From positions 1 to 64,000 of the forward strand of contig JAQGDQ010000572.1 of NCBI GenBank assembly GCA_030141605.1: a stretch of 64,000 nt of DNA, in the 5' to 3' direction. The stretch is from Tubiluchus corallicola (Eukaryota; Animalia; Priapulida). Every line of letters begins with the position of its first letter. Within the stretch, counting starts at the first letter, position 1. Positions 40,601 through 52,600 of this stretch are shown here, in pieces. The translations under genes were made by a program, and so were the position numbers. The notes beneath the pieces are model-generated. The model was given only the letters and a program-made list of their open reading frames with translations. It was not told where the DNA came from and did not search any database.

Positions 40601-43600
40601 GTTTACATCACGTACATCAGTGTAACCACGTGTATATCTCTATGTATAAAAATATAGAATCAATTGTGCGGAGTTATTCGAGTCAATTGCAGACAGTTTT
40701 TATATACTTTTGCATACGAGCGGTCAGTACTTAGGCGTTTGAGATACTGTGTTTGTTTACTTGAGACAATTAGGTATCATGTATCCTTGATAGTTGGGTA
40801 TTTTAAATTATGCATGAAACAAGGTAATTGATATTTTAAGTCCACTTAGAGATTCTCTATGGTTCTTTTACAGTTTTGATATGGAAATATTTTAAGGTCT
40901 TTCTTCCCGTTTAATTTCACTTGTTTGTTCTATTTCAGTTGATCATCCGTGCTCTTCTAACCCGTGTCACAATCAAGCAACCTGTGTCACTCTAGACAAC
41001 ACCTACAAGTGCATCTGTCAACTGGGATGGACCGGGGAACAATGCGAAACTGGCAAGTACTTTCTCTTTGCAGATTTGCTTATTGAAATTCTGTAATTCG
41101 ATTACAGTCCTGTTCTTCTAATTCGGTGTGACGATTTAATCTTTTGTGGCAATTTTTTTAGTATTTTAGCCACATTTTTCAAATATTGCAGCACTGAAAC
41201 ATACAGCTGACAATATTCTTCACGGCTTTCATTGCTGTCTGCCATTTTTCTCCTCGCTGTCTATTTTTATGTACATTTATTAACTTGTCTATTATACTAT
41301 GTCGCTACACTATAGTTTGCTATTGTGTGCATTGTATAAGGTGAGAAAAACGAAGAAAACATGCAAGGAGTACATTTATTTGCTAAACCTCTGCCTTTTA
41401 GTCACTGGGTAACATGCATATTTTGCTCTCGATTAACTGAATTACTGTTCAATAGCCAATTATATCGTTTTATACATGGTTGTAATCTGGAGTAATTTGT
41501 GCGTGACATGCGCTAAATACAAGTCCAACAGTCTTTTAGATGTAATTTATGATTTTTTTATTGTCCAAAATGGGCAATCATCGTCTCATCCCAAAATCAC
41601 TATCACATCGTGACATATTTGACTGACTGACTGACTGACTGACTGACATATTATGTGCGACTCGACTTCGTTTTATCTGAAGCAAATAAAAACATTTTCT
41701 GCTAATCCAATGTCGAAAGGATAATTAACTGCTATAATGAAAATGTATAATAATATTATGAAATATGAAGAAATCAAACTTACATCTTTGCTGCATCTTA
41801 CTAACTTGCTAAAGAGAACTCGACTGACAAAATTTTGTTATAAAACGACACGACGTACTGAACAAGAATGACTTCTTTCCTATCCTGTCTGCAAAATGAG
41901 GCCAAGGCCTATTTCCTGTCCTAGCTCACCTGTCTATCAACAGCCTAAATTTGCAAAAAACAAACAAGGAGGCACCACGTGCTTATATTCAAAACACGAT
42001 TCATCTATTAATTGACAAAATTTCTGTGTTTCTTTTCCTGCATGACATTTTCAGCATTGAGTATCTCTAAATTCATTTACTTTTGCAACATCAGGTATAA
42101 ACATCTGTCACTCTAATCCCTGCTTGCACGACGGCGTGTGCGAACCGACGGAAACCGGATTCCGTTGCTCGTGCACACCGGGTTGGGAGGGCATCACGTG
42201 TCAGCTGGACTCGGACGAGTGTAAGGGCAGCCCGTGCGTCAACGCGTACGCCTGCCGGAATCTCCGGGGAAACTACGTCTGCGATTGCATGCACGGCTGG
42301 ACAGGAAAGAACTGCGATATAAGTACGTGTAATGTTTTTATATATCCTGTATTATTGTCCTGGTCCTTATAAGGTGTGTCTGCAGTAAACTTGTTGTTTT
42401 TGAATCTGCTGATCTCTTCAGCAAGATACGTTCCCAGAACCGTGATCCTTGATGAAAAGTCATAGATATGTACTAGGGATGTCTTGCAGCGCCATCTGAC
42501 TTGGAACTTTGAAGTCGAAACAGAATCGGAGCTTTGATTCAGTTCGTTTCGCTGAAGTTCTGTGCTGCTTTAGATCGGATCCGATTCTGTGGAGTTTTTT
42601 AAAAAAATCTTCGGTTGCGGAGACAATTCGGTAGCGCTTAACCGCGCTTTATCACAAAAGCAATTATACATTCTTTTGCCTTTTAGTTTTTTGGCGAAAT
42701 TATTTAAATTACTGCCACTTTTGATAATTTTCTCCGTTGGTGCTAGTTTGCCATCCTGTTGCCTACGTATTTCTGTGTTGTTACTCTTGTATATGCATTG
42801 CTTTGCATCCATAATTGAACATTATGTCTGAATGATTTAGAATTAACTGTCATCAACAGCACTCTGTTTAAAGGACAAGAAAAGGGGCACCTGAAGTAGG
42901 TTTCAGAAAAATTGCCTTGAAAATTTTACTACTTTACGGCAATATTATGCATACATCGTATTCGCGTTGAAAGCAATTTTCGTTTGTTTGCATTTTAAAT
43001 CTCCCGCAATACTGTTCCGACGGCGCCATTACATGACGTCATACACGCACAACGTAAATCAGAGGAAGAAAAGGCAATGTTAAATTATGACCCAAAAAAC
43101 TTTCCGTGCAAATCTATATTACTTAGCATTTCGCTTACCTACTGGAAAGACTTATGAAACTAGACTAATAATTTACAATGTTTGTGCCAGTTGGTAAAAA
43201 ATGTCGCTGACTCCAGGGTGCGCCACTCCCTAACCAAAAAGCGTATTTTTAATCTTATTGACAAGATACAGTAATTTAAAATTTTACTTAATTAGCAACA
43301 TGTGTGTTACTGATGCTCTGATTATTTTTTCAAACTTTACTTAATGTTATCCAAACTTGCTTCAAATGAGTTATCGTCAAAATGGCTGCGCCTAGCGGCC
43401 ATCACGGGAGTTTAAATTTACATGTTTTATACAGCATTACGGCCGATGCAAGCCCTGCATGCAAAAAGGTAGTGTGTAAGTGGTATAAAATTTTGAGACG
43501 AATTTTTTAAGCTTTATGTAAGTGGAGGATTTTCTTGTGCCTTAGGAAAGAGCATCCGATACTCGCAATCAGAACAAGTGAGATAAGAAAACCATTTTCA

Positions 43601-46600
43601 GGTTTAAATAAAGTGACATTTCTACATAATGAATGTTATTAATGAATCACGTTTGGTTTGCCACTAAATTGCCGCGTGTTTTGTGTCGCTCAGATGTGAA
43701 CGAGTGCGAGGGACAATGCCAAAACGGCGCCACCTGCGTGGATCTCGTCGCCGACTACTTCTGCGCTTGTCCCGCCGGATTCACCGGACGCAACTGCGAA
43801 GTGGAGCTAGACGAGTGCTTGAGCAATCCGTGTCACAACGGTGGAGAGTGCGTTGATTTGGTCAACAGTTATCAGTGCTTATGTCCCCCCGGATTTTTGG
43901 GCGAACGATGTCAGGTAAGTGGCCACTGTCCAGTCACTGAGAAAATCGATCTGCATTTTCGGTACTTTTGCACGTTACGTCTGTAATTCTCATCTGTCTT
44001 TCGGAAATATTACGTTACATTTATGTTATGAAAATGTACCGAGTTCCCGATAGGTGTCGTTGTTCTGATACTGATGTATAATTATATTCTAAGACATGTA
44101 AGAGTGCTGACTTTTGACGGAGGTTTGTAATTGCACAAAGAATTTCAGATAGAATTTTGCCCCGACAAAAGCATTTCGAGCCTGTCAGTTGTTCACAAGA
44201 TGTTGCGTTTTCATTTCATGAACGTGTCTAACATGACAAAACCTTTTCTCTTAACTTTCACACATTTTTACGAAAGATTGGTTACCATGGTTACCACGAG
44301 AGCCAAGTAACTGAAAATACGGCTAAGCCAGTCCATGGCTTTAGTAATTTGTGTTGCTATTTAGAGTAAAACCTGATGCTGGTAACGGGTAGACTAGTGA
44401 ATTTTCTCACCAAGTAACACACAAGCACATTCAGACTAGAGAACAAAACTTGCTGTGAGTTACTCTCTAATAGTAAACGTGAGTTGACACTCAGTTCTGT
44501 AGCTACTGCGAGAAGTGTCAAGAGTAACTCGCCGAGGCGTTCGCACTAGACAGTAACTCGTAGGAAATTAACTCGCAGCAACTGCCAGAGAGTTTGTTAT
44601 AGCTTGCCGACAGTAACTCGCACAGCAGTTCACACTAGACAGTAACTCGTAGGAAATTAACTCGCAGCAACTGTCAGAGAGTTTGTTATAGCTTGCCGAC
44701 AGTAACTCGCAAAGCAGTTCACACTAGACAGTGACTCGTAGGAAATTAACTCGCAGCAACTGTCAGAGAGTTTGTTATAGCTTGCCCATAGTAACTCTCA
44801 AAGCAGTTCACACTAGACAGTAACTCGTAGGAAATTAACTCTCCACAACTGTCAGAGAGTTTGTTATAGCTTGCCGACAGTAACTCGCAAAGCAGTTCAC
44901 ACTAGACAGTAACTTCTATTTTTTAGACAAACATTCACAAGTGCAGTTCGAATCCTTGCCACAACGGAGCGCAATGTTTCAACATACCAGAAAGGCTCGA
45001 CTTCTACTGTCAGTGCCCGGAAGACTACCAGGGTAAAACCTGCAGTGAGCTACGATACAAGTGCGACTCACCACATTGCCTAAGTATGAAATTGCTGAAT
45101 AATTTATTGATTTTAATTTCATTGTCATCTATTAGCATTGCTAAAAATCGTCCTCCTTTGGAATTGAACCTATGGCCGTGTGACTCACCACATTGCATGA
45201 GCATGAAACTGCCTAATAATTAATTGATTTTAATTTCATTACCATCTGTTAGAATTGCTAAAAATCTCCCTCCTTTGGAATTGAACCTATGGCCGTGTGA
45301 CTCACCACATTGCATGAGTATGAAACTGCAAAATTTATTACCATCTATTAGGATTGCAAAAAATCGCCTTCTTTTGGAATTGAACCTACGGCCATCTGAT
45401 GCCAGTCATACATGCCTATGTTAAACATTTCTTTTGTTGGTTCTAAATTCCACATTACATGATATGTGTATCCGATATAAATATTCAGTGTATTTATAAG
45501 TACCATTAATATTGATATTGAGTTATCAAGTATTTTTCATTAAATTCTCTCTTAAATATTTCTTAGAATTGGACCCCTGCACAGTTCCAGCACCGTCCAA
45601 TCACAGCGGCGGCAGCATCATTCTCATGTCCTCTAACATTTGCGGACAACACGGTCAATGCCTGAGCCTGGACAACGGGAACTTTCAGTGCGTGTGCCAC
45701 GCCGGTTTTACGGGAACTTACTGCCACGAAAGTAAGTAGACGACCTTTTCGTTTACGATAAAATTGTCGTCGTTTAAGTTTGCTGCTAATCACTGCGCCA
45801 CCACCTTGGTGCTAAAGCTTGAAAAAGTAAGATGTTATCTCGGAATTTCTGGAAATTGCGCAAGGAACCGTCAGCCGTGCTTGGGTCGTCTAGCGTAGAT
45901 CGTTTTTGCATAAGTGGGGTAATGAGGAAAATTATTTGCTTTCACTTCAAAACGTCTTAAAACTTCGAAAAAATAATGAGAAACCGAAAAATTGTATTTT
46001 CTTGGCTGCTTATAACTTATTTATCTATAACTGTTTGATGCTATTGTTGCAAATGTTTGTTTCAGAAGAGATATATATGTCTGCATTTAACGTCCCGTTT
46101 TCACTGTGTATTGTTTAGGAAACAATTTGATGACATACATTTTGTTATGTAGTTGTGCCATAATGAATGTTTTTTTTAATACTTAGACTTAGCAGAAAGT
46201 TATAGTATCTTAGGGAGGTGCTGTCATCTTTTGGTTGTTTGCCTGTAAAATTAATTTACCTATTTCTTAAGCTGTTTACTGTACTATCTATTTACGTACC
46301 ATTTACTGGGGCTGTTTACTGTACTATCTATTTGCATACCATTTACTGGGTTTCGACTAGAGTTAATGAGGTGTAACAGGAGTCCAGGGCTATTGTATGT
46401 TGAGCAGTAGTGGTTCAGGTCTCATAGTCTGCTAGTGAAGTTCAGATTTCAAATTTCATAATGTTGTTTGTTAAGGTATGTTTGCTTCAAATTATATTTT
46501 GTGGTTTTTTGATTTACCTAAACTGAGGTTAGTGCTTTAAATTTAATTTTTGTTGTAGTGTGTTAAACCTAAGTGAATTATTAAGTTCTAAACGTTGCTT

Positions 46601-49600
46601 TTTACTTTTATTATTTCAGACTGCAATTTATGTTGAACTGCCCCCCCCCCTCTACACCGCCCGCACTTGTTTTTTTAGCCCAGTAATGAAGGAAATCAAC
46701 CTGTACCAAAGTGTTCATCATTTTTTATTGAGGTTACGGGTTACAGACAGACAAACAGACAAACTGGACAAAACTAAATTAAATTAAATGGGTTAACTAC
46801 ATAAGCAAATGTGTTTTTTTTTGTTTCAGACATTAACGACTGTGAACCGAATCAGTGTCTGAATGGAGGAACGTGCATCGATGAAGTGAATAATTTCAAG
46901 TGCATCTGTCCGCCGGGCTGGGAAGGCATTCTGTGTAACATGAGTAAGTGATTCTCCCTAACGTGTAACAACGTTTCAACTATTTCGTATTTACTTTAAC
47001 ATAGAGTGCTAACTAAGCTCTTAATTTCAGCTCTGCTTAATTAACGCATTAACCTCATTACTGACACAATCATTAGATTAACACTTAAAAGAAAGAAAGT
47101 TAAGTATTAGTGCTGGAATTGAACTTGGGGCCTTCCCAACTTTGATCTGATGTGTCACCCACAGACAATTGTCACTCTCAGATCTAATTATTATAATGTG
47201 GTTTCATAAATTTATAACGAACACACAATTACGACTGTCCAATGTTGAACATTTCTGTAAGTAAGCTGTTCTTTCTATAACTTCCAGCTCGTTAAAGGCA
47301 GTAAAAAACACTTTCGAACTAAATTTGGTGCCTAGACATAAACAGGTTCAAAACAAGTCAAAAAATTACAGATTTTTTCACAGCAAGTATAAAACAATAT
47401 GCTGAGTGCAAACTATCTGCTTTTTTCGCCAAGTAACTCGCATGCGTGTTGAGACTAGAACTTGTTGTAAGTTACTATCCATCTGTAAGCGCAGGCTGAC
47501 ACTCTCTTCTTTATTCACTGTAAGAAGCGTCAAGAGTAACTGGCCGAGATGTTTGCACTAGACTGTAAACAACATGTAGTGACTGTCAGAGAGTTTGCAA
47601 TTTCTTGCTCGCGGTAACTCGCAAAGCAATTCACACTTGCAAGTTTGCTCGCGGTAACTCGCAATGCAGTTCACACTTGCAAGTTTGCTCGCGGTAACTC
47701 GCAAAGCAGTTCACACTTGCAGGTTTGCTCGCGGTAACTCGCAAAGCAGTTCACACTTGCAAGTTTGCTCGCGGTAACTCGCAAAGCAGTTCACACTTGC
47801 AAGTTTGCTCGCGGTAACTCGCAAAGCAGTTCACACTTGCAAGTTTGCTCCCGGTAACTAGCCAAGCAGTTCACACTTGCAAGTTTCCTATCAGAAACTT
47901 ACTAATCTGAATGCCATTAGACACTTTTATGACATTGATTGCGATTAATTGTTTATTTATAAATTGCAGATAAAAACGACTGCGCTCCGAATCCGTGCAG
48001 AAATGGCGGCCATTGTGAAGACCTGACGGCTGACTTTGTGTGCACATGTAAAGACGGGTGGAAAGGAAAAACATGCACCTTGCGTAAGTAATACACCAAC
48101 AGTTAATTTAGTGTCTTATCAGTCATCTGTTCTTGTGTATTTCTGCATATTCACTGTACTTTTGTTTTGCCATCGTTCCATGGACTTGTGAAACATTGGT
48201 GATGTACAGCAATAATTGTGTAGACTAATAAAAGTCTTCATCTAATAAATTTCGTTTTTTACAGGTGACAGTTATTGTGATCACGTGACTTGCAGCAATG
48301 GCGGCACGTGCATGGAATTACAAGATACGTTCACTTGTCACTGCAGATCTGGTTGGCATGGAAGCACGTGTCATATACGTAAGTTTTAACTAAACTACAT
48401 TCAATATTCGGATATATTATGGACACTTCGGGACTGGAAAAACCCGTAACTTATAGCCAAAGTTGAGTCAGACCGAGGGTGTATCTAGACTTGAACTTTT
48501 CTGAACTTTTACCCACATTTCTTATAGATTATTGCTACACATTCAGTGTAAACGGTATGTAGGAACCTCCTTCAGTGATGCGAGATGTATGTGACCGCAG
48601 AAACTGAGCAGTTTGAAAGCCGAGTTTGCGAGAAATTGAGGTTAAAAATCGATCAATTTCGCTTTGATCACAGGGTCTCTTTTCTGTGAGGTAATTTACC
48701 TGGGTTTCTATTACACTGGACCTGAAGATATCGTCCCTTATAACTGAAAGTCCCTTATATCCGAGTACCTTATATACGAAGATTTTTACATAGGAAAAAT
48801 GTTACGGAAAATTGGGACCAGTGTTAGTGGTCCCTTACAAGCGAGTACCTTATACCCGAGGTTGACTGTAGTTGTACAGGTGTTGTAGTTATATTTATCA
48901 ATCGTATTATGGTTTGTATTTTTATGGTGTAAATTAACTGATTATTAAATTTTGTGATTGTTTTCAGTGGCTAACAACAGCTGTGAAGTGAGCTTGTGTC
49001 TGAACGGCGGCACGTGCTTGAACAGCGGCAACGACTACAGCTGCATCTGTAAGGAAGGCTACGCCGGTAGACATTGCGAAGAAAACGTGGACGACTGCGC
49101 CCCCAATCCGTGTCACAACGGCGGCAAGTGCGTAGACGGCGTCAACTGGTTCCTCTGCGATTGTCCGGACGGTTTTACGGGACCCGACTGTAGGATCGGT
49201 GAGGGAATTTCCATTTTACTGGTTTTTTGCACAATGTTTTTCATAAGTTTTAATACAGCTTGAAAGTTATTAAATGATAACTAGTACAGTCTAGCCTCGT
49301 TATCTCGTCACTGTCCGTCTAGGGCAAATTTTTGGCGAGAGGCGAGTATGGCGAGATAACGGGAATATAACAAAGTTAGTCTATTTTTATATACGTAATA
49401 GTTGATTAACATAGTGTTCCTCTATGTACATATAAAATATATTTCGCATTATGATACCAATCAACATTAAATCAGAAATGAAAAATGTCATAAAAATAAT
49501 CTTATAATGTTACTTTTTTATTTAAAAAGCGTCGCAATTTCGTTGAGCCACTGTGACCATGACTTTGCAGCAGCATTGTCTACATACCGCAGTTATATTG

Positions 49601-52600
49601 ATCGACACGCGGTATATGTATTGATCGTTTCACCTCTGAGTTTGTCTGTTTGGCGACATAACGAATATAGTTTACATAAGCACTCGTCCTAGCATGACGT
49701 GGCGAGGGCGAAAAGCGAGGGTGGCGACTTAGCGAGGTAAATATCAAAGCAGGAAATCCGTCCTGGTACTTTCTATGGCGAGAGACGAGTTTGGCGGCAT
49801 AACGAGGGTCGAGATAACGAGGCTAGACTGTAATATCATTGGGGATCTTAAGCTGTTTATGGATGACACTGTTTTAACTGAAATCAAGCAGGCACTTATG
49901 TTTACCGTTACTTTACATTTGACTTTCACCCGTTTCAGAAATCAATGAATGCGCGTCGGATCCGTGCAGTTTCGGTAGCACGTGCGTCGACGGTATCGGC
50001 AAGTTTTCATGCGTCTGCCCGCCGTGGCTCACCGGACAGTATTGCGAGGATCCAGGTATTTGTTTAGCACTTACAGGTAGATAATGTTCTATTAAAGCAG
50101 GGATGAGAATTTTCTGCGGATACGTGGAATTCCAAGTTTTTAGAAGACCAGTAGTGCCATTTTTGTAAATCGAGTAAATTTGTTGAGAAAATGTTTACGG
50201 ACCCAGTACATTATTTCACAAGCTGACCGCTAGGTGGCAGACCGTGACTTTGTTTACATCACGTACACCAGTGTAACCACGTGTATATCTCTACGTATAA
50301 AAATATAGAATCAATTGTGTGGAGTTATTTGAGTCAATTGCAGACAGTTTTTATATACTTTTGCATAGGAGCGGCCAGTACTTAGGCGTTTTTGAGACAA
50401 TTAGGTATCATGTATCCTTGATAGTTGGGTATTTTAAATTATGCATGAAACAAGGTAACTGATATTTTAAGTCCACTTAGAGGCTCTCTATGGTCACAAA
50501 ATTGCACCCTTGAACCCCATTGGGGGAGGCCCCAAAGCCCCCGGCCTCTTTCAGAGTTTTTTGCAATTTGTCATTCTCATCCCTGTTAATGAGAGACTGA
50601 TGATGGAGGAATTATTTCATAATTAGTGAGAGATTTTTCAACTAATAAAGTGGCATAGTTATCTTCGGACTTAAGCTTAGGACTAATAATTTTGCCTGGT
50701 TTTGATTCTTCAAATATGCTCTGTGTTGTGCAGTTCTAGGCGAGCACGGCGAATGGCGAAGACCTTGCATAAGAAACAGACAATCATACCGTGATGGGAT
50801 AACCTGGAAAGAGGATTGTACTTCGTGTACTTGTACGGACGGAGAAGTCAAATGTGTCAAGGTAAACAGTCGTGTAGTTTTTCTTGCTTGTTCTGTTTGG
50901 TTGGTCTTTCATGATGATCGAGTAACCAGGTCTAACCTTTATCACACGCACACACACACACACACATATATATATAATCTTTATTTGCCATAAAAAATCA
51001 ATATTCATAGCTATAAAAGCATAAAAGAACATCGCAGCATGAGAATAAAATTCACACAACTGTTAAAGGCAAATGCGTCCAGTGCAAACTAAAAACTACT
51101 GTGCCAAAAATTTAAAACAAAATCTACATTATAATATTAGACGCAAATTATAATAGATTATATATGATATTTACATATAATTTAAAATGGACGTGGGTAA
51201 ATAAAATTTGTGGATCAATGTATATTATCGTTTACGTATGTAGGGTTTTCAATACGATTTAATGTATGTATTTTTAATTTTGACTTGAATTCGTCAAAAG
51301 ACTTGATTTGTTTTAAATTTGATGACAGGGTATTCCAAAGTTGAACTCCTTGTCTAGTGATAGAATTGTTGTCGTATTTGTTATTAGTGCGTGTTTGTTT
51401 AATATTGTGCGTTCTTGGATTATAATATTATGAGTGAGTGGGTGGATGCTCGGTGACCGTAGGATGTTTCTCCACCCCGTCTCTCTCCACCCCACTACTT
51501 TGCCACTAACATTTTGCTGTATATTGTTTTTGCATGAGACAAATGAATAAAAAATTCAATTCATGTTCAATTTGTTAACATATTCTTTGTTTTCATTCAT
51601 TGTTTGTATACGTTACTTTGATTGAGTATCTATAAATCTGATCACGTGTTTTTTCGGTAAACGTATTTTCAAAGACAACTGCAGTGTTATTGTTACTGCC
51701 ACTTGATGTTCTTTTCTTTCAGATTTGGTGTCCAGAGAAAAACTGTCTGTCCAGTAATCCAGCCGAGCGGTGCCCTCCCGGAATGAGATGCTTTAACATG
51801 ACGTCTTCGGCCTGCTTTACGCCGCCCTGTTCCCCCTGGGGTGAATGTCGGACGGAAACCGGGAAGCTGATTCACAACAGATGTCATCCGAACCGGCTGG
51901 AGCTAAGCGAAAACTGTGCCAGGATATCTCTCCTTTTTGATAAATCTTTGATGCCCGTGGTAAATTTATGCAATATCATTTTCGTTGTTTACTCTTCCTT
52001 TATACTAGCAAACGAAATTCTTTATGACATGAAAGTATTCACAGCTCTTTCATAAGCCAGGGATGAGAATTTTCCGCGGATACGTGGAATTCCAAGTTTT
52101 CGGAAGACCAGTAGTGCCATTCTTGTAAATCGCGAAAATTCGTTGAGAAAATTTTTACGGACCCAGTACATTATTTCACAAGCTGACCGCTAGTTGACAG
52201 GCCGTCACCTTGTTTACATCACGTACATCAGTGTAACCACGTGTATATCTCTATGTATAAAAATATAGAATCAATTGTGCGGAATTATTTGAGTCAATTG
52301 CAGACAGTTTTTATATACTTTTGCATAGGAGCGGTCAGTACTTAGACGTTTTTGAGACAATTAGGTATCATGTATCCTTGATAGTTGGGTATTTTAAATT
52401 ATGCATGAAACAAAGTAATTGATATTTTAAGTCCACTTAGAGGCTCTCTATGGTCACAAAATTGCTATTTGTTGCTTCGCCCCCTTGAACCCCCATGGGG
52501 GTCTATGCGGTCCCCAAACCCCCGGCCTGTTGCACAATTTTTTTGTTAATTATTAATTTGAATAGCACAACTTCACCTAATTGGATATGAACGATTAATA

